NCBI GenBank assembly: GCA_016196035.1
Contig: JACPYM010000059.1
Coordinates: 52,528-116,527, forward strand
Direction: 5' to 3'
Source: Acidobacteriota bacterium
Lineage (GTDB): Bacteria > Acidobacteriota > Blastocatellia > RBC074
Length of the DNA stretch: 64,000 bases
Shown here: piece after piece, positions 1 to 9,513 of the stretch
Layout of the letters: each line of letters starts with the position of its first letter
Position numbering within the stretch: position 1 is the first letter of the stretch
Notes under the pieces: generated by a model
Database searches by the model: none
Seen by the model: the letters and a program-made list of their open reading frames with translations, nothing else
Told to the model about the DNA's origin: nothing
Translations under genes and position numbers: made by a program

Positions 1-509
1 CTTCTAACTGTGAAAGATTCTGGAAAGAAGAACCGGAGTGGGGGAAATGGAAAAATGACAATGTTGATAAAGTAACTAAATTTCTTAGCACATATAAAAA
101 GGGGCAATCTGTATCTGAACTCACCGTGAGTGAGTTCATAGAGATACTTGCTGGAGTAGATAGCTCGCTACTCAAACGTGAATTTGTCAATGCAGATTGT
201 AGAGAGATTGATGCGGGTTTGACGATAGGGTTTTGTTTGGCAGATGGCAAAATAGCAGTTTTTGTACTGAATCCCTTTATGGATAATAGTACCTCATATG
301 GGTTTATGACCTCAGATACTAAGCTGATTTCTGCACTTAACGAATTAAGCCATCGTCAACGCGGTATGCCTGATGTTACCCCGATTAAATTTACAAACAC
401 TGATTTATTTGAAAAAGAGTTTGGGCTTGATATCAGAGATTCCATTCGTATGCATTCAATTGACGGGAAAAACGATGAACTTCTTTCCGAGGATATTGAA
501 AAAACATGA
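1..509 (+). CDS. Hypothetical protein, 5'-partial (reading frame open to window start); located in low-GC segment
   Basis: Frame of ORF 126..509 has no stop back to position 3; AT-rich composition unlike the rest of the window; no recognisable motifs. Confidence 0.4.
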   Translation, partial: SNCERFWKEEPEWGKWKNDNVDKVTKFLSTYKKGQSVSELTVSEFIEILAGVDSSLLKREFVNADCREIDAGLTIGFCLADGKIAVFVLNPFMDNSTSYGFMTSDTKLISALNELSHRQRGMPDVTPIKFTNTDLFEKEFGLDIRDSIRMHSIDGKNDELLSEDIEKT

Positions 510-745
510 TTGTCACTTAACATCCGAAGAAACAAAGGATTTGCTTGCCTGCTGAGTTATACGAACTGCGGCTGTGCAACTCGCTACGTTTAGTTACTGC
601 ATTCGAGAATAGAACTGGCTCACTCGTAAGGCTAAAAGGTAAAACAACCCTTGTCGGAACAACGCGCACTGGTGTCGTCGCTCGCCGAGCCAGAGAAGGC
701 AATCGCACCCGGATTGTGTTCCTCAAGACGCAGTGATCGCAGTTA

Positions 746-1132
746 TCACCACAGCCTTTGGATGGGGTACGCATCGAGTACGGCATCAATGCTCACGAGT
801 GACAGTCCTTCAACCATTGCCTGCGCGACCAGCAAGCGGTCGAAGGGATCGCGGTGATGATAGGGTAGATTCGTCAAGGCCGCCGTGTGGCGCAGTTCAA
901 TCGGTAGGATGAGAAAGCCGTTTTGCCGGATGGCGCGATCAAAGAAGGTTTCATACGGCTGATGCAACACGTATTTGCCAATGCTGATCTTGATCGCAAT
1001 TTCCCAATAGGACGCGGGGCTGACGAATTTGGTGTTGGCAGGGTCTTCGATGAGTTGTCGCGCGGTGGCACTCAATTGCGCATTGCCTAATGCAAACCAC
1101 AGGAGCGTATGCGTATCCAGCAGCAAATTCAC
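746..1132 (-). CDS. vapC: PIN-domain ribonuclease toxin VapC (type II TA)
   Basis: N-terminal 'LLDTHTLLW' PIN signature, ~128 aa, 4-bp overlap with upstream small antitoxin-like ORF. Confidence 0.8.
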   Translation of the reverse strand: MNLLLDTHTLLWFALGNAQLSATARQLIEDPANTKFVSPASYWEIAIKISIGKYVLHQPYETFFDRAIRQNGFLILPIELRHTAALTNLPYHHRDPFDRLLVAQAMVEGLSLVSIDAVLDAYPIQRLW

Positions 1133-1359
1133 GGCAGATACTCCTGGAAGTCTTGCAGATGTTCGTCATCCTCCGCCACAATCGTCAACGCGCCCTGACA
1201 GCTTCCAAAACGTGGCTGCGGCAATGCGTTGCTGGGCGCGTGCAATGCGGCAACAGGCTGATGATTGCGGGTGATGACAATCTCCGTGCCGGGCTGCAAG
1301 CCTTCAATCAACGCCGGGAGATTAGTTTGCGCTTCTTCTATCGAAATGGTTTCGAGCAT
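1129..1359 (-). CDS. Type II antitoxin partner of VapC (small acidic protein)
   Basis: 76 aa from internal ATG at 1359 with AAGGAG RBS; 'MLETISIEEAQTNLPALIEGL' antitoxin-like N-terminus; stop overlaps vapC start (ATGA). Confidence 0.6.
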   Translation of the reverse strand: MLETISIEEAQTNLPALIEGLQPGTEIVITRNHQPVAALHAPSNALPQPRFGSCQGALTIVAEDDEHLQDFQEYLP

Positions 1360-1479
1360 AGTCGTAACTCCTTTGCCCCAGCATTCTAAAGCAGGCGCGG
1401 TGCAACCGAAAGGAAACTTTCTGTGAGACGGCATTGGAAAGAAATCGAATGAAACTTGCTCTATCGGAGGCGAATTTTC

Positions 1480-2505
1480 ATGAAGCTGTTACTTGCGCTC
1501 CTCGTTACCCTCTTCCTGACGACGGGTTGGGTGATCCAACAAAAATCCAAAGCGCCAGAGCAGGGCTACGTGCCCGCTGGCTGGCCGCCGCACCCAGGGG
1601 GCTTGCTCAAATATCGCGTTGTCATTCGTTTTGGCGAAGAGCCGGACACGATGCCGGACGGCTGGAAGTTCGGGCGCGTCTCTGCCGTGACGACCGATTC
1701 GCGCGGCGAGGTGTATGTCTTTCAGCGCAACAAGGAGGTGGATCCGATCATCGTCTTTGATGGCAAAGGAAATTATTTGCGTTCGTGGGGGCGGGGTTTC
1801 TTCGCCAATCCGCACGGCTTGCGCGCGGACCGCGAAGACAACATCTGGGCCGTAGATAACGAAAATCAGCAGGTCTACAAATTCACGCGCGAGGGCAGGC
1901 TGTTGCAAACCTGGGGCATCAAGGGGCAGATCGGAACGGATGAAAAAACTTTCAATCGCCCCACCGATATTGCGTTTGCGAGCAACGACGATTTTTATGT
2001 GGCGGACGGTTACGGCAATTCGCGCGTCGTGCAGTTCGATAAGAACGGCAAATACCTGCGCGCCTGGGGCAAGCCGGGCAGTGCGCCGGGTGAGTTTCAT
2101 ATCCCGCACACCATCGCCGTAGATTCCCAAGACCGCGTGTATGTGAGCGACCGCGAAAACAACCGCATCCAGATTTTCACCGCCGAGGGAAAGTTTCTGA
2201 AGCAGTGGACGCATCTCGGCTCTACGCAGGGCATGTTCATCACGCCGAGTGATGAAATGTGGATCATCACGCATCGCAATAACGTCGAAAACGTCGCCTA
2301 CGACGCGCTGGCGGGACAATTGATGAAGATTGAACTCGCCACCGGCAAAATTCTCGGCGCAGTGGAATGCCCCGGCCATCTGCTCACCGTGGCGAAAAAT
2401 GGCGAGCCTTTTGTCGCCAGCCTCACGGGCAATGTCTTTCGCTGGTATCGGGGCTGGCCTGAGACTGCCGGGCCATCACAGACTGAGAGGAGAGCGAAAC
2501 CATGA
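1480..2505 (+). CDS. NHL-repeat beta-propeller protein (peptidylglycine alpha-amidating lyase-like), secreted
   Basis: Signal peptide after ATG 1480 (GGAGG RBS); repeated 'YVADxxNxRVQxF / YVSDRENNRIQIF' NHL blades. Confidence 0.75.
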   Translation: MKLLLALLVTLFLTTGWVIQQKSKAPEQGYVPAGWPPHPGGLLKYRVVIRFGEEPDTMPDGWKFGRVSAVTTDSRGEVYVFQRNKEVDPIIVFDGKGNYLRSWGRGFFANPHGLRADREDNIWAVDNENQQVYKFTREGRLLQTWGIKGQIGTDEKTFNRPTDIAFASNDDFYVADGYGNSRVVQFDKNGKYLRAWGKPGSAPGEFHIPHTIAVDSQDRVYVSDRENNRIQIFTAEGKFLKQWTHLGSTQGMFITPSDEMWIITHRNNVENVAYDALAGQLMKIELATGKILGAVECPGHLLTVAKNGEPFVASLTGNVFRWYRGWPETAGPSQTERRAKP

Positions 2506-3221
2506 CGACATTCTGCCCGACAACATTCTGCCCAACAACATTCTGTTTGATGCACAGCAGCGGGCAAGGCCCCGCAGGCTGGCAGTTACTGGTAGACGAA
2601 CTTGAACGCCGAGGGCATCGCGCGCTCACACCCGCCTTTCGCTTGGACAAGACAGACGAGGGGCTGGCATTTCACGCTGAAACAATTGTACAGGCGCTCA
2701 ACGATGCGGGACACGATCCGGCAGACGTGGTGTGTGTCGCGCACTCTGCGGCAGGGATGTATCTTCCGCTGGTGGTCGAGCGTTGGCGACCGCGCCGGAT
2801 GGTGTTTTTGGCGGCGCTCGTTCCGCGTCCGGGTCTCAGCGTCCGAGAACAGTTTCAGTCCGACCCCACGATGTTCAATCCCGCGTGGGTCGGGCAAAAC
2901 CCGAATGATGATAATGTCGCCCTTGAGTTTGTCTTTCACGATTGCCCGCCGGAGCGCCTCGAATGGGCGATGTCAACGCGTGTCTTTTTCTATGCGAAAC
3001 GGGCAATGGGCGAACCGTGTCCGCTCACGGCGTGGCCGCAAGTGCCAGCCAGTTATATCGTCTGCACTGAAGACCGCACCATCACACCCGCGTGGCAGCG
3101 CAAGGCCGCGCGCGAGTGGTTAGGTGTAGAGCCAATCGAAATCCCAGGCGGGCATTGCCCAAATGTCAGCCGACCGGAACTGCTGGCAGACATCCTGGAC
3201 AAACTTTCGATGGAAGGTTGA
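2502..3221 (+). CDS. Alpha/beta-fold hydrolase
   Basis: 'AHSAAG' nucleophile elbow (GxSxG-like), C-terminal 'GGHCP' His region; ATGA overlap with upstream gene; N-terminus contains TTFCP x3 repeat. Confidence 0.7.
   Translation: MTTFCPTTFCPTTFCLMHSSGQGPAGWQLLVDELERRGHRALTPAFRLDKTDEGLAFHAETIVQALNDAGHDPADVVCVAHSAAGMYLPLVVERWRPRRMVFLAALVPRPGLSVREQFQSDPTMFNPAWVGQNPNDDNVALEFVFHDCPPERLEWAMSTRVFFYAKRAMGEPCPLTAWPQVPASYIVCTEDRTITPAWQRKAAREWLGVEPIEIPGGHCPNVSRPELLADILDKLSMEG
2505..2549 (+). repeat. 3 x 15-bp in-frame tandem repeat (GACAACATTCTGCCC-like) inside 5' end of hydrolase gene
   Basis: gacgacattctgccc / gacaacattctgccc / aacaacattctgttt directly after ATG 2502; encodes TTFCP-TTFCP-TTFCL. Confidence 0.8.
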
Positions 3222-3492
3222 ACGATGCAACCACTCACACCGGAACAACGCGAACTCATATCATCGCTCGCTGAGACGCTTGGTGCGATCAGCGGAATCA
3301 AGGCCGTTGTACTGGGCGGTGCGCGTAATGTGAGAGCGACTCAGCCTGTCACTGCCGGCATTGGCAGGTTGACAACCTGCCCAACGGGCGGCATCTCGCT
3401 AATCCAGTTCCATCCATCTTATATTCATCCAAGACGTCACTGTGCCAGGGCGTATACTGACTGTCAGCGTTTTTCAGGCTGGGAGAAAAGAG

Positions 3493-5055
3493 ATGAAAGA
3501 TTGGCTTACACAATTGAGATTTACTCCGCGCTATTTGGTCACAACGCTTATGCTGGCGATGTTGTTGTGTGCAGTGGCTCGCGCGGCTAAGCCGATTGTT
3601 TACACCATCAAATTCCCCGCGCCGGAAATACACATTGCCGAAGTGGAGGCCGTCTTTCCCACCAGTAAACACGCCACCATCGAATTGATGATGCCCGTCT
3701 GGTCGCCCGGTTTTTATCGCGTCGAAGAGTATGCCAGCCGCGTGCAAAACTTTTCTGCGCGCACTGCCGACGGTCAATCGCTCACGGTCGAACAGCCGCA
3801 AAAGAATCGCTGGCGTATCACGACGAACGGCGCAATGCGCGTGATCGTGAGGTACAAACTGCTTTGCACCGGGCGCTCGGTCACGACCAATTGGGTCGGC
3901 GAAGATTTGCTGGTGCTGAACGGCGCGGCGGCGTTTATCACATTGGCAGATAAACAACGTCGCCCGCATGAAATCAGGCTGGAATTGGCTTCGCAGTGGA
4001 AACGCGCGGCGAGCGGGCTTGACGCCGCACCCGACGGCAATCCGAATCATTTGCTGGCCGCTGATTACGACACGCTCGTGGATGCGCCGATTGTCGCGGG
4101 CGATTTGTCCGTCCGCGAGTTCACTGTGGCGGGCAGCAAACATCAGCTTGTGGACGCAGGCGATTACAAAAAATGGGATGGCCAACGCGGCGCGCAAGAC
4201 CTCGAAAAAATCGTGCGCGCGACCAGCGCGTATTGGGGTGGACTGCCTTTCAAACGCTACGTTTTTCTGAACGTCTTTCGGCAGGGCGGCGGCGGTTTGG
4301 AGCACAGCAATTCCACCTTGCTGACAAGTTCGCCGAATATGACGACGCCGACGTTGCGCTGGCTTTCATTCGTCAGTCACGAATACTTTCACGCCTTCAA
4401 CGTCAAACGGCTGCGCCCGGTTGAGTTGGGGCCGTTCGATTACGAGCGTCCGCCGAGCACAAGCAGTTTGTGGATTGCGGAGGGGCTAACGACATACGGC
4501 GCGGATTTGGTTATCGCGCGGGCAGGCTTATGCAACACGCAAGACTTTCTGTCGTTGCTTTCGTCGAACATCACGTCGCTGCAAAACTCGCCTGGACGGC
4601 TCAAACAAACGCTCGCACAGGCTTCGCTGGACGTGTGGAATTCCGGCACGTCGGGCGTAGGGCGCGACACGCAGAATCTGGTGAGCTATTACGTCAAAGG
4701 CCCGGTCGTGGGCTTCCTGCTGGACGCGACGATCCAACGCGCAACGAATGGCAGGAAAAGTCTGGATGACGTGATGCGGCTCGCACTCAAACGCTACGGC
4801 GGCGCGCGTGGTTTCACGCCGGAACAGTTTCGCAAAACCGCCGAAGACGTGGCCGGAGTTGACCTCAAAGAAACGTTCAGAAAATGGCTCGCTTCCACCG
4901 AAGAACTGGATTACACCGAAGCGCTCGACTGGTTCGGGCTGCGCTTTGCCGAAGCGGAGCAACCCGCCAAAGCCTGGCAACTCGCGGTGCGTGCGGATGC
5001 TTCGCCGCAACAAAAGAGCCGCTTGCAAAAATGGCTGGGACAGCCTGCGCATTGA
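3493..5055 (+). CDS. Peptidase M61 family (glycyl aminopeptidase-like) metalloprotease with C-terminal PDZ-like region, secreted
   Basis: HExxH motif 'HEYFHAFN', signal peptide, length and architecture typical of M61; ATG 3493 with GGGAGA RBS. Confidence 0.7.
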   Translation: MKDWLTQLRFTPRYLVTTLMLAMLLCAVARAAKPIVYTIKFPAPEIHIAEVEAVFPTSKHATIELMMPVWSPGFYRVEEYASRVQNFSARTADGQSLTVEQPQKNRWRITTNGAMRVIVRYKLLCTGRSVTTNWVGEDLLVLNGAAAFITLADKQRRPHEIRLELASQWKRAASGLDAAPDGNPNHLLAADYDTLVDAPIVAGDLSVREFTVAGSKHQLVDAGDYKKWDGQRGAQDLEKIVRATSAYWGGLPFKRYVFLNVFRQGGGGLEHSNSTLLTSSPNMTTPTLRWLSFVSHEYFHAFNVKRLRPVELGPFDYERPPSTSSLWIAEGLTTYGADLVIARAGLCNTQDFLSLLSSNITSLQNSPGRLKQTLAQASLDVWNSGTSGVGRDTQNLVSYYVKGPVVGFLLDATIQRATNGRKSLDDVMRLALKRYGGARGFTPEQFRKTAEDVAGVDLKETFRKWLASTEELDYTEALDWFGLRFAEAEQPAKAWQLAVRADASPQQKSRLQKWLGQPAH

Positions 5056-5064
5056 GAGGTAACA

Positions 5065-7674
5065 ATGATGATTCGCAAACATCGAAGATTAGCGCTGTGC
5101 ATAAGTACCCTGCCGCTGCTGATGTTCCTGACTTTTGGCACCAAAGCCAGACTGATACAGCAACCAACGCAAGCAGCGGCGCTTTCGCAACAAGCCTACA
5201 GAATCTTGCAACAAAACTGCTTCGGCTGTCACGGCGCGGCGCGCACGTCAGAGCTTGATCTACGCACGGCAGAAGGCATCCTTGCGGGCGGTGAAAATGG
5301 CAAAGTGATTGTCCCCGGCGATGCGCAAGCAAGCCGTTTGTTTCAATTCATCACGCAGCAGGAAAAGCCAACGATGCCGCCGGGCAAGAAGTTGAGCGAT
5401 GCCGACATCGAAGCGTTACGGCGTTGGATTGCCGCAGGCGCGCCGTTCGACGGCTTTGCGCCGATGGTGGCGGAAACAGCCAAAACAGAAAAGTTGCCGG
5501 AACGCCCGTTCACCGCAGCGGAACGCGGCTTCTGGGCATTTCAAGCACCAAAGCAAATCACACCACCGCGCGCCGCGCTTGCCAGTTGGAATCGCAATCC
5601 GCCGAATCCTATTGATGCGTTTCTGTTCGCCGCGATGAAAGCGAAAGGCGTGCAGCCTTCGCCACGCGCAGATCGCCGCACATTGATTCGCCGCGCGTAC
5701 CTTGATTTGACGGGCTTGCCGCCTGCGCCGGAAGAAGTAGAAGCGTTTGTGAATGATAAAGCGGCATCAGACGAAGCCGCTTACGAAAAGCTGATTGACC
5801 GTTTGCTTGCCAGTCCGCATTACGGCGAACGTTGGGCGCGCCATTGGCTTGATCTGGTGCGCTATGCTGATTCGGGCGGGTTTGAGTTTGATGTGGATCG
5901 GCCTGACGGCTGGCGCTATCGCGATTACGTCGTCAAGGCGTTCAATAACGACAAGCCTTACGATCAATTTATTCGTGAACAGTTGGCGGGCGATGAATAT
6001 GCACTGGATTCAGATGACGCGATGATTGCGACAGGTTTCCTGCGGCTCGGTCCCGAAGGCGGAGGCGGTGGCGAACGCGGACGGCAGGATGCGCTGGACG
6101 ATGTGATTACGACGAGTTCGCTGACCTTTATGGGGCTGACGGTGGGCTGTGCGCGCTGCCACGATCACAAGTTCGATCCGATTCGGCAAACGGATTTCTA
6201 TCGCATTCAAGCGGTGTTCGCGCCGACGCGTCCGGTTAATCATCCGCTGGTTGCAGCCGATGTCGTCGCCGCGCATCGCGCGGAAACGCAGCGCATCGAA
6301 GCGCAGCAACGACCGCTCAAGAAAGCCAAAGCCGAGCTTGAAGCGCCGTACTTAAAAATTCTTGTCGAAGAGTTTGTCAGCCGCTTGCCCGACTACATGC
6401 AAACTGCCTGGCGCACGCCGGATGACAAGCGCACACCGGGGCAGCGGCTTAATGTGCAACAAATTAAAAAGACGCTCGAAGATGATTCGCTCGCACAGAA
6501 ACTGACCGAGAAAGACATCGTCGCGCGGATGTCGGCGGTAGATAAACAAAAGCAGCAAGATTTAGTCGCGCAAATCAAAACGCTCGACAAACAAAAGCCG
6601 AAGCCATACGCAACCGCGCGCGCCATTGGTGAAGGTGGGCCAAATCCTGCGCCAACGTATTTCCTGCATCGTGGCAACTTCGATTCTAAAGGCCCCGCAA
6701 TGACGCCGGGCGTGTTGTCAATCGTGGGCGACTATGAATTCCCGGTGCCACCTGCCAATGCGAAATCAAGTTGGCGGCGGCGCGGCTTGGCCGAATGGCT
6801 GACGAACAAACAGAATCCGTTGACTGCGCGCGTAATGGTCAATCGGCTCTGGCAGCATCATTTTGGCGAAGGCATCGTGCGCACGCCCAGCAACTTCGGC
6901 AAGATGGGCGAATTACCTTCGCATCCTGAATTGCTGGATTGGCTGGCACTTGAATTTATGAATGCGGATTTCGGAATGCGGAATGCGGAATCCAAAACCA
7001 ATCCGCAATCGAAAGGCTGGAGCGTGAAGCAGATGCACCGCCTGATGATGACTTCGCAGGCTTATCAAATGGCGAGCAACGACATTGCCGCCAACGTGGT
7101 GCTTGATCCTGAGAACCGGTTGTTCTGGCGGATGCCGCGCGTGCGGCTCGAAGCTGAAATCATCCGTGATTCGATCTTGGCGGTGGCAGGCAATTTGGAT
7201 CGCACGTTGGGCGGCCCGTGCATTTATCCGTACATTGATCCGAAGCTGTTTCAATCGAGCACGAAACGCACGTGGCCGGGCAAGCCGGATGACGATCCGG
7301 CGACGTGGCGGCGCAGTTTGTACGTGTATTCCAAGCGCAGCATTCGCTATCCGTTGTTCGAGACGTTCGATCAACCGAACCTCATCAATTCGTGCGAACG
7401 CCGCAACCGCTCCACCATTGCGCCGCAAGCCTTGCTGCTGATGAATAACAGCTTTGTGTTGGTCGAAGCGCGGAAGTTTGCCGAACGCTTGCGCACGGAA
7501 GCGGGTGCGGATGTGCAACGCCAAGTCGAGCGCGCCTATCAATTGGCATTGGGCCGTGCGCCGAGCGAGTTTGAGCGCACGAAGTCCATCGCATTTATGC
7601 AAGGCAATCCGAATGGGTTGGCGGAATTTTGTCAGGCGTTATTCAACCTGAATGAGTTTGTATACTGGCAGTGA
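5065..7674 (+). CDS. PSCyt1 (planctomycete cytochrome c) / DUF1549 / DUF1553 (PSD1) domain protein
   Basis: N-terminal CxxCH 'CFGCHG' heme motif followed by DUF1549/DUF1553-type sequence; immediately upstream of DUF1501 partner. Confidence 0.8.
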   Translation: MMIRKHRRLALCISTLPLLMFLTFGTKARLIQQPTQAAALSQQAYRILQQNCFGCHGAARTSELDLRTAEGILAGGENGKVIVPGDAQASRLFQFITQQEKPTMPPGKKLSDADIEALRRWIAAGAPFDGFAPMVAETAKTEKLPERPFTAAERGFWAFQAPKQITPPRAALASWNRNPPNPIDAFLFAAMKAKGVQPSPRADRRTLIRRAYLDLTGLPPAPEEVEAFVNDKAASDEAAYEKLIDRLLASPHYGERWARHWLDLVRYADSGGFEFDVDRPDGWRYRDYVVKAFNNDKPYDQFIREQLAGDEYALDSDDAMIATGFLRLGPEGGGGGERGRQDALDDVITTSSLTFMGLTVGCARCHDHKFDPIRQTDFYRIQAVFAPTRPVNHPLVAADVVAAHRAETQRIEAQQRPLKKAKAELEAPYLKILVEEFVSRLPDYMQTAWRTPDDKRTPGQRLNVQQIKKTLEDDSLAQKLTEKDIVARMSAVDKQKQQDLVAQIKTLDKQKPKPYATARAIGEGGPNPAPTYFLHRGNFDSKGPAMTPGVLSIVGDYEFPVPPANAKSSWRRRGLAEWLTNKQNPLTARVMVNRLWQHHFGEGIVRTPSNFGKMGELPSHPELLDWLALEFMNADFGMRNAESKTNPQSKGWSVKQMHRLMMTSQAYQMASNDIAANVVLDPENRLFWRMPRVRLEAEIIRDSILAVAGNLDRTLGGPCIYPYIDPKLFQSSTKRTWPGKPDDDPATWRRSLYVYSKRSIRYPLFETFDQPNLINSCERRNRSTIAPQALLLMNNSFVLVEARKFAERLRTEAGADVQRQVERAYQLALGRAPSEFERTKSIAFMQGNPNGLAEFCQALFNLNEFVYWQ

Positions 7675-7689
7675 GCCGATGCGACTGAG

Positions 7690-7801
7690 AGGAGAGGAGA
7701 GAACGCGGAACACACGGAAATAACGGAAGACACAGAAAGATTCTTACGACTAGATTTTTCCGCTATTTCCGTTATTTCCGTGTGTTCCGCGTTCTCTCCT
7801 A
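7690..7801. repeat. Family C hairpin element (about 35-bp stem, ACGGAAATAACGGAA core), copy 1
   Basis: aggagagaacgcggaacacacggaaataacggaa ... ttccgttatttccgtgtgttccgcgttctctcct are reverse complements; related copy at 34628..34726. Confidence 0.7.
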
Positions 7802-7811
7802 AGGCACAAAT

Positions 7812-9237
7812 ATGAATCCGATTTGTTTTTCACGCAGAGAACTTTTATCTAAACTCGGCGGCGGCATCGCGGGCGTAGCCTTTGCCGATTTGCTCAATCG
7901 CAACGGCCTGTTGGCACAGACGCCTGCGCAATCCAAGTCGCCGCTTGCGCCGAAAGCCCCGCATTTTCCCACCAAAGTCAAAGCGGTCATCTCCATCTTT
8001 TGTTACGGCGGTGTCAGTCAGGTGGATACCTTCGATCCCAAACCGATGCTGCTCAAGCGACAAGGCGAAACGATGACGGGCGTGGGCGAAGTGCGCGCGT
8101 CAATGGGAACGCCGGGTGGCATAATGCCGTCGCCGTGGCAGTTCAAAAAGCACGGGCAATGCGGGATGGAGATTTCCGAACTGTTTCCGCACGTCGCCGA
8201 ACACGCCGATGATCTCGCGTTGATTCGTTCGATGACGGCGCTCAGCCCGGCGCACGGGCCTGCGCTCTTTCAAATGAACACGGGCAGCATTCTGGCCGGA
8301 CATCCCAGCGTGGGCAGTTGGGTGACGTATGGCCTCGGCAGCGAGAATGAAAACCTGCCGGGCTTTATCGTCTTCACCGATCATCGCGGTGGGCCGATCA
8401 ATGGCGCACCGAATTGGGGCAACGGTTACATGCCTGCGGCGTATCAAGGCACGCCGTTTCGTGACAGCGGCGATCCGATTGTGGACTTGCATCCGCCGCA
8501 AGGACGCACGCCGGAGCAACAACAAAAATGGCTGCGGCTCTTGCGCGAACTCAACGAAAAGCATCTTGATCACAATCCGGCAGACAGTGAATTGTCAGCG
8601 CGCATTCATTCGTATGAACTCGCCTTTCGCATGCAGACGCACGCGACCGATGCGATTGACATCAGCAAGGAATCCGCCGCGACGCAAAAGCTTTATGGCG
8701 TAGGCGAGCAGCCGACCGATTATTTCGGCAAACAAGCATTGATGGCGCGGCGCCTGGTCGAACGGGGGCGTGCGCTTCGTGCAAATCTTTTCGGGTGGCG
8801 GCAACTTCGAGCCGAGTTGGGACGCGCATTGGGATTTGAAAGGCAATCACGGTTTGCATTGCGCCGAGACGGACAAGCCGATTGCAGGCTTGATCAAAGA
8901 CCTCAAAAGTCGCGGCCTGTTCGATTCGACGCTGATTATTTGGCACGGCGAATTTGGACGTTTACCGATTTCAGAACGGATGGACGGGCGCGATCATAAT
9001 GCGCTAGGGTTCAGCGTGTGGCTCGCAGGCGGCGGCGTCAAAGGCGGCACGGTTGTCGGCGCGACCGATGATTACGGCTATCGCGCGATTGAAAACAAAA
9101 AGACGATTTACGAATTGCACGCGACGATTTTGCATTTGCTCGGCCTCGACTATGAACGGCTGACGTATCGGTTCAATGGCCGCGATATGCGTTTGACCGA
9201 TGTTCACGGGCGCGTCATCAACGAAGTGCTAGCCTAA
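7812..9237 (+). CDS. DUF1501 (sulfatase-like) protein with twin-arginine signal; reading frame broken by apparent +1 frameshift in a G5 run near 8764-8768
   Basis: 'RRELLSKLGGGIAGVAF' Tat motif; N-part ORF 7812.. and C-part ORF 8770..9237 are contiguous DUF1501 sequence if one G is removed ('LVERG|VRFVQIFSGGG'). Confidence 0.75.
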
Positions 9238-9513
9238 TGGCTGTCGTTATCCGGCTTTCATTCACTAACCCGATTCAACCATTCCTAAGCCGATACAAGA
9301 CCCTTGCGCCGGTAAATGATTTATTAACCACGCTACTCATTGAACTTCTAACTGAAAACGAAACGTGGCGTTATCCAAAAATTGAGCTTACCGAATCGAA
9401 GCCACACCAAAGCGGTTTTGCTGGGATCCATTAACGATAACGGGCTGTAACGATACAGCTCTGACGCGCAACATATCTAATCGGGGTGTTCTTGCCCCAC
9501 TTCGGATGGAGGT

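Noticed and set aside
510-745. Possible ncRNA in the GC-transition spacer
   Set aside because: Only weak partial complementarity (GGAACAACGCGCAC ... GTGTTCC). No recognisable RNA family signature.
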